Source of the DNA: an uncultured Candidatus Peribacteria bacterium | Lineage (GTDB): Bacteria; Patescibacteriota; Gracilibacteria; Peribacterales; Peribacteraceae | NCBI GenBank assembly: GCA_964423795.1 | Contig: CAYRGC010000005.1 | Coordinates: forward strand, 316-64,315 | DNA: 64,000 nucleotides | Reading direction: 5' to 3' | In this document: in pieces, positions 11,997-22,310 of the stretch | How positions within the stretch are numbered: the stretch's first letter is position 1 | How the letters are laid out: each line of letters begins with the position of its first letter | Position numbers and translations under genes: made by a program | Notes under the pieces: generated by a model | The model's input: only the letters and a program-made list of their open reading frames with translations | Databases searched by the model: none | Told to the model about the DNA's origin: nothing

Positions 11997-14900
11997 TCAG
12001 CTCTGCTGGTAGCTCGTGGACTTGACCGTCGTGTCCGTGTACTCGACCCAGAGGAAGCGAGACTCGGTGGTCGTCCCAGACGTGCTGAGAGTGCCGGAGT
12101 CATCGTCGATCCAGTCGAGGTGGCTGACCGTGGAAGCGGTGCCCGGGCCGAAGGTGTTGGCTCCAATGTTGTTGAAGTTCTGGAGGCTCACCTGGAGCGT
12201 GAAGCTCGTCTGACCCGTGACCTTCGTCACGTTGGCCTGGAGGACGAACGTCTCGTCGCTGCCCTGGTCGATCGACGTGTTCACGCTGCTCGAACCGAGC
12301 ATGCCGCAAACGACGGCGAAGGAACCGGAAGCAGAAGCGAGAGCGCCGTTCGAAGAGTTCTTCGCCGTGCAGCTCGACGTGATCGAGGAGCCCGTCGTCT
12401 TGTTGTACAAGGCGAAGGAGCTGAGGATCACGTTGTTCGAGTCGATGTTAAACACAGCGCCCGAGAGGGTCACCTTGTTGGTGCCGTTCTTCGAGTTGTT
12501 GTGCGGAGCAGCGGAGAACTTGAACTGACCGATGGCGGAGACGCCCGTCGGGACGATCGAACCGTTGGCATCGGGGTTGGCGTTCGTGATGGAGGTGATC
12601 TTCGAGAGGACCGTAAGGTTCTTGGCGCCGATGATGTCGGAGCCGGAACCGAATCCACCCGTGGACCTGATCACCACCTGACCGCCGGCGACCTGGTGGC
12701 CGTCGTTGGCAACGAGGTTGTTGCTGGACTGGTCACCGCGGGCGCGGACCGCGCCGGAGCCGGAGGCGTTGTTCGAGACCGGCTGGCTGGTGATGAAGAA
12801 CGTGACGCCGGTGCCGGAAGTGGCGCCGTCGACATCGGACTTCATGCGGGGGCGGACGGAGATCTTCACGTCCGGACCACCCTTCGGAACGACGAGCTGG
12901 CGGCTCTGCATCTTGGCGCAGAAGGTCGTCACGCGCATCTCCTGGTTCTGCGTGAGAACATCGTCGGAGCCGCAACCACCAACCGTGGCGGAAGCGAACG
13001 GAGCCGTGGCGCCGTCCTTGTAGAGCTCGAGACGATCGACGCTGTTGGCGCGGGAACCGGAGGACGTCAGCTGGAGATCCGTGACGTCGACATCCTCGTA
13101 CTCAGCGTGGAGCTGGAGACGGAGGACGGGGTCGCCGAGCGTACCACCGAGGAGCTGGTGGCTGCGGAGCGTCGTCGTGTCCTTCGACACGATGAGGGAG
13201 CCCTGGCTCACGAGGCTGTAGAGCGTGGAGGTGGCCGTGGTGACGATGATGTCGCAAGACGTGCACGAAGCGCTGTCCGTCTTGATGCCCGAGAGGGCGG
13301 AACCGCGGTCGACCTGCTCCGCCTCGATGTAGGAGGTGTCACCCGTGCTGAACTTGAGCTGGAGCTGGCTGTCCGTGAGGGAAGCCGCGATGTCGGCGTG
13401 AACCTCGAAGACGACAGTCTTCTCCTTCGGGATGACGAAGCCGCCACCCGTGAGCTGGTTGAAGGTCACCTTGCTGTTCTGGGCGGACTGACCCTTCTCG
13501 AGGATCGTGTCCACCTTGCCGTCGGCATCGGTGTCGACCCAGAGAGTGTAGTTCTGACCGTTGTTCAGCGAGCCAGCGTTGCTGGCGAAGATGGCCTTGG
13601 TGAACAGGACGTCCTTCGCCTCACCGGCGCGAGCCTCGAAGCGGAGGAGGTTGATGTTCTTGCTGTTCTTCACAGCGGTGTCGGTCGCAGCACCGGACTT
13701 GACGGCAACCGTGAGGTTGGCGCCAGCGATGCGGTGCGCGTTACCCGTGATCGTGCCGCGCGGGCGGATGTCGTTGACCGTGTCGCCCGTGGACAGACCT
13801 TCGATCTCCATCTGGTAGGTGGAGCTCGTGTTGGCAGCGAGGAGGCCACCGAACACACAACCGACGGTGTTCGTGCCCGTGCTGACCTGCTTCGGCTCGC
13901 CACAGATGTGGACGCGGAACGTGTCACCGTTGAGCGGGTGAGCGGACGTGCCGTTGTCCTTGAAGTCGACGCGGAACTCGTACGTCTCCTTACCGTTCAC
14001 GGTGAAGTCGTCGAAGCGGTAGATCTGGTACGTGTAGTTCGTGGAGCTGATCGTAGCCGTACCCGCGGCGGAAGAGCCGAGGTTGACGGCGGAGACCGTG
14101 CGACCCGTCGTCTTGTTGCGGAGCGTCACGTTCTCGAGAACCTCCGTGATCGTGTCGGAAGCCGTGGAGCCGCCGAACGCGAACGTCTGGCCAGAGCTGG
14201 TCGTACCAGCGATGGCGATGAAGAGCTTCTTGACGTCGATGCGCTCGCCACCCGTCGTGAAGATGATGTTAGCGAGGATCGCGTCGTTCTGGTCGCGCGT
14301 GTAGGTTTGCTGCACGGGACCGTCGATCTCGATGGTGAACTCACCAGCGTCGATCGTGACCGTGGACGCGTTGTCCGAGGTCGGGAGGGTGACGCGGGAG
14401 CCGTAGAGCTGGCCGTTCACGCCGTACCCGTAGAGGGAACCGACGGCGAAGACGTCGGAGTCCTCCTCGAAGTGCATGATCACGCTCTCGCCGGAGCCGC
14501 CAACGACGTCACCGACAAGTTCGAAGGTCATGCGATCGCCCTCGAGGATGGTGAACGGAGGATCGAAGACGAAGGTGGCGAAGTCGCCAACGGTCGTCGC
14601 AACCGTGTTGCTGATCACCGTGCCATCGGAGCGGCGGATCTTGAGGTTCGTGACATCGCCGTCGCCGGCGGTGCCGTTCTGCTCGACAGTCACCGAGTAA
14701 AGGGTCTGGTCCTCAACGCTGTCCGAGGAAAGCTCGAACTTGCCGAGAACGACAGTCTTGTCACCGACTTCCACCTCATCGGGGGAGACGGTGCGGTAGC
14801 CGACGGAGAGCTTACCGCTGCGGACGGCGGCGACCTTGAAGGTGCTGCCGCGGAGCGGGAAGTTGCCGGTCACCTGCTTGGCGTTCGAGGTGAAATCGGA

Positions 14901-16244
14901 CGGGAGCTCAACAGCGAAGTTGTGCTCGGCGGCCGTGGTCGCCGTGGAGATGAAGTCCGCGACGAGGTCGAGGGTCACCGTCTTGCAAGCCGCGATCGTG
15001 AGGGGCTGCGAGAGGTGGATGTTGCCGGTCTGATCCTTGGAGTCGATCGAGCGCTTGCGGGAAAGGCGCGTGCCGTTCTGAGCGAGATAGACGCCGTCGA
15101 TGTCAGACTGAGCGCCGAAACCCTCGTGGAGGACGGTCACGTCCTCGATCGCGACGGCCTCGTCGCAGGAGGAAGTGAGGTCCATCGAGAGCATCGTGAC
15201 GCCGACCGCACCCTGCGGAACCGTGTCACCGACCGGGTTCTTGGAGGAAACGGAAACCTCGAGCGTGCCCTTGGAAGAGGGGAGGCTGGAGTAACCGTTG
15301 AAGGAGGCGGAGTCGGAGAACGTGTCGCCGTCAGCCGTCTCGATGTCGGAAGCGGTCACCGTGTACTCGGAACCGGCCGAGAGGCCGCTCGAGAGCGTGA
15401 GCTCGACCGTGTCATCGGCCGTCTGCTTGACAGACGTGACCGTGACGGCGGGCGAAGCGCCGGAGATCGCGTAGTTGCTGGCCATCTCAGCGGAGGCCTG
15501 GTCGACGTCCTGGTTGAACACGACTTCGACGACCATGCTGGAGAGAGCGCGAGCCGACTGAATGCCGGCCTCCGTGGTGCTGTTGCCACCGCAGTCCTGG
15601 CCGTACATGAGGCCCTGGTCGACGCGGTAGAGCATGACCACCATTTCAGCGCGGTTCATGTTGTCGTTCGGGCGAACGCGGCCCGTGGAGTCGTCACCCT
15701 GGAGGACGCAGTGATCAGCGGCAGACTGGATCGCATCCGTGTACCACTGGCCGGAGGGGTTGTCGACGAACTGAGCGGCATCGCCGGTCGCCTCGAGGTT
15801 GAAGGCGCGGACGATGAGAGCGGCAGCCTCAGCGCGGTTGATGTTCGCGCCGGGGCGGGAGTAACAGGGGTGGCTGCCGTAGCAGTTACCGTCACCCTTG
15901 ACCCAGCCCTCCTTGCCGGCCTCCTCCATGTACGCGTAGTACCAGGCCGACGACTTGACGTCATCGAAGCTGGCCACGGCCGGGGGAGTGGAAAGGAGTC
16001 CACCGTTCATCATGACGATGAGCTTGACGAACTCCGCGCGGTTGGCGAGATCGCCGCCGCGGAAGCGCGCCTGGGAGGCATCGAGGACGCCGTCATCCGT
16101 CAAAGCGGAGACAGCTTCCCCGTACCAGACACCCGAGGGAACGTCGGAGTACGCAGCGAACGCCGTCTTCACGCCGAATTGCGTGAGGGTGATCGCAGCA
16201 ACCGACATACCCGCGAGGACTTTCTTCAAACGAGAAAGATCCAT
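11997..16244 (-). CDS. large cell-surface protein with three N-terminal SLH domains (S-layer-type)
   Basis: The preferred start is MDLSRLKKVLAGMSVAAITLTQFGVKTAFA (signal peptide, ATG at 16244). Three SLH-like repeats follow: YSDVPSGVWYGEAV..NRAEFVKLIV, FDDVKSSAWYYAYM..NRAEAAALIV, FVDNPSGQWYTDAI..NRAEMVVMLY. Then come about 1150 aa of Thr/Ser/Gly/Val-rich beta-type sequence. The 1560-aa + ORF 11574..16256 is its shadow. Confidence 0.85.
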   Translation of the reverse strand: MDLSRLKKVLAGMSVAAITLTQFGVKTAFAAYSDVPSGVWYGEAVSALTDDGVLDASQARFRGGDLANRAEFVKLIVMMNGGLLSTPPAVASFDDVKSSAWYYAYMEEAGKEGWVKGDGNCYGSHPCYSRPGANINRAEAAALIVRAFNLEATGDAAQFVDNPSGQWYTDAIQSAADHCVLQGDDSTGRVRPNDNMNRAEMVVMLYRVDQGLMYGQDCGGNSTTEAGIQSARALSSMVVEVVFNQDVDQASAEMASNYAISGASPAVTVTSVKQTADDTVELTLSSGLSAGSEYTVTASDIETADGDTFSDSASFNGYSSLPSSKGTLEVSVSSKNPVGDTVPQGAVGVTMLSMDLTSSCDEAVAIEDVTVLHEGFGAQSDIDGVYLAQNGTRLSRKRSIDSKDQTGNIHLSQPLTIAACKTVTLDLVADFISTATTAAEHNFAVELPSDFTSNAKQVTGNFPLRGSTFKVAAVRSGKLSVGYRTVSPDEVEVGDKTVVLGKFELSSDSVEDQTLYSVTVEQNGTAGDGDVTNLKIRRSDGTVISNTVATTVGDFATFVFDPPFTILEGDRMTFELVGDVVGGSGESVIMHFEEDSDVFAVGSLYGYGVNGQLYGSRVTLPTSDNASTVTIDAGEFTIEIDGPVQQTYTRDQNDAILANIIFTTGGERIDVKKLFIAIAGTTSSGQTFAFGGSTASDTITEVLENVTLRNKTTGRTVSAVNLGSSAAGTATISSTNYTYQIYRFDDFTVNGKETYEFRVDFKDNGTSAHPLNGDTFRVHICGEPKQVSTGTNTVGCVFGGLLAANTSSTYQMEIEGLSTGDTVNDIRPRGTITGNAHRIAGANLTVAVKSGAATDTAVKNSKNINLLRFEARAGEAKDVLFTKAIFASNAGSLNNGQNYTLWVDTDADGKVDTILEKGQSAQNSKVTFNQLTGGGFVIPKEKTVVFEVHADIAASLTDSQLQLKFSTGDTSYIEAEQVDRGSALSGIKTDSASCTSCDIIVTTATSTLYSLVSQGSLIVSKDTTTLRSHQLLGGTLGDPVLRLQLHAEYEDVDVTDLQLTSSGSRANSVDRLELYKDGATAPFASATVGGCGSDDVLTQNQEMRVTTFCAKMQSRQLVVPKGGPDVKISVRPRMKSDVDGATSGTGVTFFITSQPVSNNASGSGAVRARGDQSSNNLVANDGHQVAGGQVVIRSTGGFGSGSDIIGAKNLTVLSKITSITNANPDANGSIVPTGVSAIGQFKFSAAPHNNSKNGTNKVTLSGAVFNIDSNNVILSSFALYNKTTGSSITSSCTAKNSSNGALASASGSFAVVCGMLGSSSVNTSIDQGSDETFVLQANVTKVTGQTSFTLQVSLQNFNNIGANTFGPGTASTVSHLDWIDDDSGTLSTSGTTTESRFLWVEYTDTTVKSTSYQQS

Positions 16245-17330
16245 AGAGGTAAGTAGGAGAGGAAAATAAAACGAAGTTGGTTGCAGGGGCTCCCCCTGCG
16301 GAGCAGGAATCCTTTCCTGCGAAGAAGATGAATGCGTACGGGTGGTGAAAGGCATCAGATCAAACCGCCGGGGTGATCGACGCGTTTGTGTCGCGGATGA
16401 GCACGAAGATTGAGTGACGTGCTTTCCTCCTTAAATATAAAGAGTCCACACAAAGGGCAGATACCGTTGCAATGGCAGGCTGACGTGAACCAGAGACACG
16501 ATTCAAGCCCACTCTAAAAAGAGTTGGGCGGGGAATGTGAGAAATTGTCCTCGAAGTCGAGGGCAATGGCCGAGATGTCAAAGACCATGAACGTTAGACC
16601 GCTCGCCTTCTCTTGAGCGGATTAGCGGAATCCTACCGAACCCGTTTCGGGAGAATCAAGCTAGCGCTACGAAGGAGCAGGCACCCAGAGAAACGCCAAA
16701 AGGCGGTGCGCGTTACGCGTGAACTCGGGGACATTTTGCGATTCTCCCGGAAAGAAAAGCGAGAATTCGGCTTTCTCTAATGAATTCTTCACAGAAAACT
16801 AGGGAGGAAGCGTGTGAAACGTCAGGAAAAAAGTCCTTGCCAGGGTCGAGGTTTGCTTAGTAAATATCGCATTTTCGTCAAGCGAAGTTTCCGTTTTGTC
16901 GCGTCCGCTCGACGTTATCTCGCTGAACAATGCTAAAACAAGCATTTTACGCAAGAATTCAGAGCTGTACGTACGGTTTTGTCGTGATCGAGTCCCCTTT
17001 TTACTGAGAATCCGTCTTCTGCATCCGGGCGGGAAGGGCGCAACGAGAAGGAAACTAGGCAGTTTCTCCTTCCGATAACCCAAAAATGACAAGAGGAACG
17101 GACAAGTATGTATGGTTTACTGTCCAAAACCTCCAATTTTCGCGCCTATTGCGTCGATTTTTCCTCCGCTTATGAATCCCCTCTCGCGATTTCGAACGTC
17201 GCTCCGAGGCCCCTTGGAGCACGTCGCGGTTCATGGGAGATGTCGGTTTTTTCTGACATCGATGTCAGGACGGTTCACCAAGAGTGCGGTCGAACGATGC
17301 GTAAGTAATGGTGAGTTCGGTTGGCACCGT

Positions 17331-17461
17331 GTCTCCCTCGTACGTTCGCGCGAGCTACTCAGGAGGACACTGCGTTGGTTCGTCCCTCGGGCTACACTCG
17401 AGATGACAAGCTCACTATGATAAAGCCTTCATTGTCATCCTTCGACTCCGCTCAGGATGAC
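17331..17461. repeat. three tandem family-A-like hairpins downstream of cysS
   Basis: gtcatccttcgactccgctcaggatgac (17434-17461, 8-bp stem, abutting the cysS stop), gtccctcgggctacactcgagatgac (17382-17407), and gtctccctcgtacgttcgcgcgagctactcaggaggac (17331-17368). Confidence 0.65.
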
Positions 17462-17463
17462 AC

Positions 17464-18951
17464 CTATTTCCTCCGCACCTGTTGTCCCTGCGCGGTGTCT
17501 TTCACGTCATACCCGAGCGCGGCGATCGCGTCGCGCAGGCGGTCGGACGCTGCGAAGTCCTTCGCCGCGCGCGCGGCCGCACGTTCGTCGACGAGCGCTT
17601 GCACGTTCGCGGGAACGGCCTCGTTTTCCGGCTCAAAGCAGCCAAAAACGTGACGTATCTTCTCGGTGAATGCCTGGAGCGCGGCCTTCGCTTCGGCATC
17701 GGGAGACGCCGCGCCGTTCGCCTTGTGCATGCATTCGAACACCGCGGCGAGCGCGCCGGGCGTGTTGAGGTCGCCGTCCATCGCGGCATCGAACTCGGCG
17801 GAGAACGCGGCGACGTCCGCGGCGGTGACCGTGCCCTTGTTCTTCTGCGTCGACTCCCCCGCCCCACCGCGCGCGATCCACTCGGTGATCGAGCGGCGGG
17901 ACTGCCTGGCATCGTCCATCCCCTTCCACGTGAACTTCAAGTTGGTGCGGTAGTGCACCGAGAGGAAGTAGTACCGCAGATCGAGCGGGGAATAGCCACG
18001 ATCTTTGACGTCGGGAATTGTTAACACGTTGCCAAGGCTCTTACTCATCTTCTCCCCCGCGAGGTCGATGCGCCTTTTGTGTAACCAAAGCCGAGAAAAC
18101 GGCTTTTTTTTACCCTGAGCGGCGTCGAAGGGCATCGCCGATTCGCTCTGGGCGATCTCGCACTCGTGGTGCGGGAAGATGTTGTCCTCGCCGCCGGTGT
18201 GCAGATCGAGCGTGTCGCCGAGGATCTTGCGCGCCATCGCGGAGCATTCGATGTGCCAGCCCGGGAAACCGGGGCCCCACGGAGACTCCCATCGGAGCAC
18301 ATGATGCGCGTTCTCGCCCACGGCCTTCTTCCAGAGGGCGAAGTCGGCGGGATGCTTCTTCCGCTCGTTCACGTGCACGCGCGCGCCGGCGTTGAGCTTC
18401 TCGAGCGTGTTGCCTGAGAGGCGGCCGTAGTCGGGGAACGACTCGACCGCGAAGTACACGCCGTCCTCCGTCTCGTACGCGTTCCCCTTCTTCACGAGCG
18501 TCTCGATGATCGCGATCATCTCGGGGATCGTTTCCGTGGCTTTGGGACGCGCGAAAGGCTCCAGGATATTCAGCGCCTTCTCGTCCTCCAAAAACTGCGA
18601 CGTATACATCTCCGCGACGCCGAGAACGTCCTGCATCGTGACCTCCGCGCCATCGCCGCGCTTCTGCTTCGCGATGATCTTGGCCTGCTTCTCCACCTTG
18701 TCCTCGCCCGAGTCGGCGTCGGCGACGAGATGCCCGACGTCGGTGATGTTCTTGACGTGCCGGACACGCCACCCGTGGCCCGCCTCCATCCAGCGACGGA
18801 GGAGATCGGCCATGAGGAACGACGAGTAGTTGCCGATGTGCGGACGCCCGTAGACGGTGGGGCCGCAGGTATACATCTTCACGTCCTTCGGATCCTGCGG
18901 AACGAATTCCTCCTCGGACTTGCTGAAGGTGTTGTAGAGGTGGAAGGGCAC
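17464..18951 (-). CDS. cysS: cysteine--tRNA ligase
   Basis: 495 aa. Class I motifs HIGN ([11 protein letters not shown]) and KMSKS ([10 protein letters not shown]), plus the zinc-site context YTCGPTVY. Confidence 0.95.
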   Translation of the reverse strand: MPFHLYNTFSKSEEEFVPQDPKDVKMYTCGPTVYGRPHIGNYSSFLMADLLRRWMEAGHGWRVRHVKNITDVGHLVADADSGEDKVEKQAKIIAKQKRGDGAEVTMQDVLGVAEMYTSQFLEDEKALNILEPFARPKATETIPEMIAIIETLVKKGNAYETEDGVYFAVESFPDYGRLSGNTLEKLNAGARVHVNERKKHPADFALWKKAVGENAHHVLRWESPWGPGFPGWHIECSAMARKILGDTLDLHTGGEDNIFPHHECEIAQSESAMPFDAAQGKKKPFSRLWLHKRRIDLAGEKMSKSLGNVLTIPDVKDRGYSPLDLRYYFLSVHYRTNLKFTWKGMDDARQSRRSITEWIARGGAGESTQKNKGTVTAADVAAFSAEFDAAMDGDLNTPGALAAVFECMHKANGAASPDAEAKAALQAFTEKIRHVFGCFEPENEAVPANVQALVDERAAARAAKDFAASDRLRDAIAALGYDVKDTAQGQQVRRK

Positions 18952-19062
18952 GGGAAGAGAATACGTGGAAGACGATCAGGACGCCACGACGCCGGGGCGG
19001 TGAGAGGGAAGGAAGGGCTCAAAACTGAGCCGGCTTCCCGAAGGGGAGGCCGGCTCGGTGCG

Positions 19063-19305
19063 CTACCTCAGAGAGGAGCGCGAACTATTCGGCGCGTTCG
19101 GCTTCTGGACGACTTCCGTCGCCGGTGCCGATTCGGCGCCTGACTTGCCATGGATGGCCTCGTACACTTCCTGTCTGTGTACGGGGACCTCCCGGGGAGC
19201 GACGATCCCGAGACGGACTTTGCCGTCCCGGATCTCGACCACCGTCACCACGATGTCGCCGTTGATGACGATGCTTTCATTCTTTTTCCGAGAAAGAACG
19301 AGCAT
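19063..19305 (-). CDS. csrA: carbon storage regulator CsrA
   Basis: MLVLSRKKNESIVINGDIVVTVVEIRDGKVRLGIVAPREVPVHRQEVYE is the canonical CsrA sequence, with a 25-aa C-terminal tail. Confidence 0.9.
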   Translation of the reverse strand: MLVLSRKKNESIVINGDIVVTVVEIRDGKVRLGIVAPREVPVHRQEVYEAIHGKSGAESAPATEVVQKPNAPNSSRSSLR

Positions 19306-19417
19306 GGGCTACCTCCTTTTCGTTGTGCCCATTATGCCTCGAGCCACGACCGTCGCGGCCACAAGACGTGGCGAGTCTACTGCGCGCGGCGCTTCGCGCA
19401 ACGATTCCACGGAAGAA

Positions 19418-19447
19418 AGAGCCGACGTCGCAGGGACGTCGGCTCTG
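19418..19447 (-). terminator. hairpin after the small RHH-like ORF (terminator or attenuator candidate upstream of csrA)
   Basis: AGAGCCGACGTC gcaggg GACGTCGGCTCT is a 12-bp perfect stem, followed on the minus strand by TTCTTCC (only partly U-rich). Confidence 0.45.
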
Positions 19448-19458
19448 GAGGCGGCGTC

Positions 19459-19638
19459 TCAGTTTGCACTGGGACGCCTCCGTCTGGCCTTTTCCTCGAC
19501 CAGACCATTGAGGACTGCGGTCCGCACGAACTCTGAAAGCTGTTCGTCAGACCATCCACGTTTTTTCACCAGCTCAAACGCTTGTCCGAGCCGGCGAAAG
19601 GCGCGCGTGGTGCGCCTTGGTGAAGAATCATTCTTCAC
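19459..19638 (-). CDS. small basic protein, possibly ribbon-helix-helix-like DNA binder (59 aa; below the track cutoff)
   Basis: Manual translation gives (GTG)KNDSSPRRTTRAFRRLGQAFELVKKRGWSDEQLSEFVRTAVLNGLVEEKARRRRPSAN*. AAGGAG lies 6 nt upstream of the GTG. The ORF is followed by the 12-bp hairpin, and its composition is protein-like. The family assignment is tentative. Confidence 0.45.
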   Translation of the reverse strand: MKNDSSPRRTTRAFRRLGQAFELVKKRGWSDEQLSEFVRTAVLNGLVEEKARRRRPSAN

Positions 19639-19771
19639 GGCTTTCTCCTTGGAAGGAGACGCTTCCGCTCTCAGGAACCATCCATCGGTTCACATCCATG
19701 ATGCGGAAGTACGCGGAGTGTAGCGGAAAACCTTATTTATTATCAATACATATTTTTCTATTGTGTCAAAT

Positions 19772-20473
19772 ATGCCGCTTCGATACGATATGACCATGCA
19801 AATCGGACGATTCGAACTGGAGACCGATGAAAGCAGCGGCACGCTCTGGTCTCCCGATCGGGAGCACTATCTCCGCGTATCGTCTCGGCCGCTCTTGCGC
19901 CCGTTGGACGTTCACTTCAAGACCTTGCCGACCACGAGCGTCACAACCGGACGATCGCTCGATCAGTACAAAAAGGAGCTGCCTGATCTCGAGATCGACG
20001 ACGCAAAACAGTACGTCGAGGTCGGCGCCGGTTTTTCGGGGCTGCTGCACCACCTGGCGATGCGCCTATTGGGCAACGAACGCCGGCCGATCGCCATCGA
20101 TCCCGTCGACTACGCCCTCGCGGAAGAGATGCTCATCGAAGCCCTGAAACTGTCCGAAAAAGGCGAGCCCTTCTTCTCCCCGGAAATGGCGCGGATTTGC
20201 GAGGTATTGGCGCAATGCCAGACTATCCGTGACCGCAGCAAAGTCCTCCTCATCAACACGAACCTCAGCACCGCGCTCAACGAGCACCCGGAGATCGCGG
20301 GAACCGCGGATTATGTCGTTGACCTGCACGGCCCCTCCGAATACTCGCATACCGAACACGGGAACGTCCTGGCCACGAGCAGGGAAGAATTCAACCGGCA
20401 GACGATGAACATCATCACGATGGAACAGGCTCTGTTGAAACCCGGCGGAACAATCCTGACGGACAGGCGATAA
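19772..20473 (+). CDS. hypothetical protein, methyltransferase-like
   Basis: VEVGAGFSGLL (motif-I-like) and LLKPGGTIL. TATTGT lies 7 nt upstream of the ATG at 19772. Confidence 0.5.
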   Translation: MPLRYDMTMQIGRFELETDESSGTLWSPDREHYLRVSSRPLLRPLDVHFKTLPTTSVTTGRSLDQYKKELPDLEIDDAKQYVEVGAGFSGLLHHLAMRLLGNERRPIAIDPVDYALAEEMLIEALKLSEKGEPFFSPEMARICEVLAQCQTIRDRSKVLLINTNLSTALNEHPEIAGTADYVVDLHGPSEYSHTEHGNVLATSREEFNRQTMNIITMEQALLKPGGTILTDRR

Positions 20474-20559
20474 TCCTTACGCGAGGGTGACCCGGCTTCG
20501 TCCGACTTCGCCGAGGTCATTCGGAGAGAATTGAAGGACGACTGTTTCCTCGTTACGCC

Positions 20560-21627
<1,068 letters not shown>

Positions 21628-21925
21628 GGAGGCGGAGGAGGAAAGTGGTCGCTACGGTACCACGATTCGGCATAGACCGCAGGTCGGCTCCCGAACCTCT
21701 TTGCAGCTATTTCTTTCTTTTGTCTATTCCTAGCCACTCCCGAACAGGAGCACCATTTTCTGTGTCGCAAAAGCCCGGAATCTGCCACGCTGGCCGCCCC
21801 CGTTCTTTGGTAACACGGTCTGCCTTCCACGCACCCCACCTCGTCTATGGTGGGTCCGATCGCGCTTTGACGCGAACCGGGCAGCACCTGAGGTTGGGTG
21901 CTGTGGAGGACAAAAGGAGAACCTC

Positions 21926-22240
21926 ATGAATTCCTTGTTTCTTTGCGCCGCCTATCTGGTGGCGCAACCTAATCCGCTCGATACCTTTCCAAAGGTTACC
22001 GGGCCCCCTGAAGTCTCCTGTGAGTTCCGGTACAAGTCGGATAGCACCGATTTCTTGTTCAATCTTCGCATCATCGAGAAAAAAGAAATCTTTCTCGTGA
22101 TCGACAGCATCAACAAGAAGACCGGCGAGATCCGATTTTCGTACCTCTACCACGGGAAAAAAGAAGGAACGCGATGGCTATGGGAGGAGCGACCGCCTAT
22201 CAACGGCATCCGCTTCCCCAGTGCAATCGCGAGACCATGA
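21926..22240 (+). CDS. hypothetical small secreted protein
   Basis: 104 aa in a locally AT-richer region. AAGGAG lies 7 nt before the ATG. The N-terminus is hydrophobic (MNSLFLCAAYLVAQP). Confidence 0.5.
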   Translation: MNSLFLCAAYLVAQPNPLDTFPKVTGPPEVSCEFRYKSDSTDFLFNLRIIEKKEIFLVIDSINKKTGEIRFSYLYHGKKEGTRWLWEERPPINGIRFPSAIARP

Positions 22241-22310
22241 GTTCTCATGCGTCTTCCATCTTTCCCTCGGCCGGCTCATGTCGGCCGAGGGTTTTCAACG
22301 TGACGTTTGC

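Noticed and set aside
11574-16256. 1560-aa + strand ORF
   Set aside because: It is the antisense shadow of the SLH surface-protein gene. Only its first ~70 codons overlap real coding sequence, namely the FemAB 3' end in another frame.
19058-19723. 221-aa + strand ORF spanning the csrA region
   Set aside because: It lies antisense to csrA and to the 59-aa ORF. Its composition is Ser/Arg/Thr-rich and it has no motif.
20483-20520. Additional family-A hairpin downstream of fbaB (gagggtgacccggcttcgtccgacttcgccgaggtcat)
   Set aside because: It resembles the consensus only loosely and has a poor stem, and no copied gene end is present. It is too weak to call.
21628-21925. ncRNA between fbaB and the small secreted-protein gene (a GAGGAAAGTGG string resembles the RNase P CR-I)
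   Set aside because: The match stops after GAGGAAAGT and no CR-IV/CR-V partner is present. The 300 nt are adequately explained as two divergent promoters and leaders.
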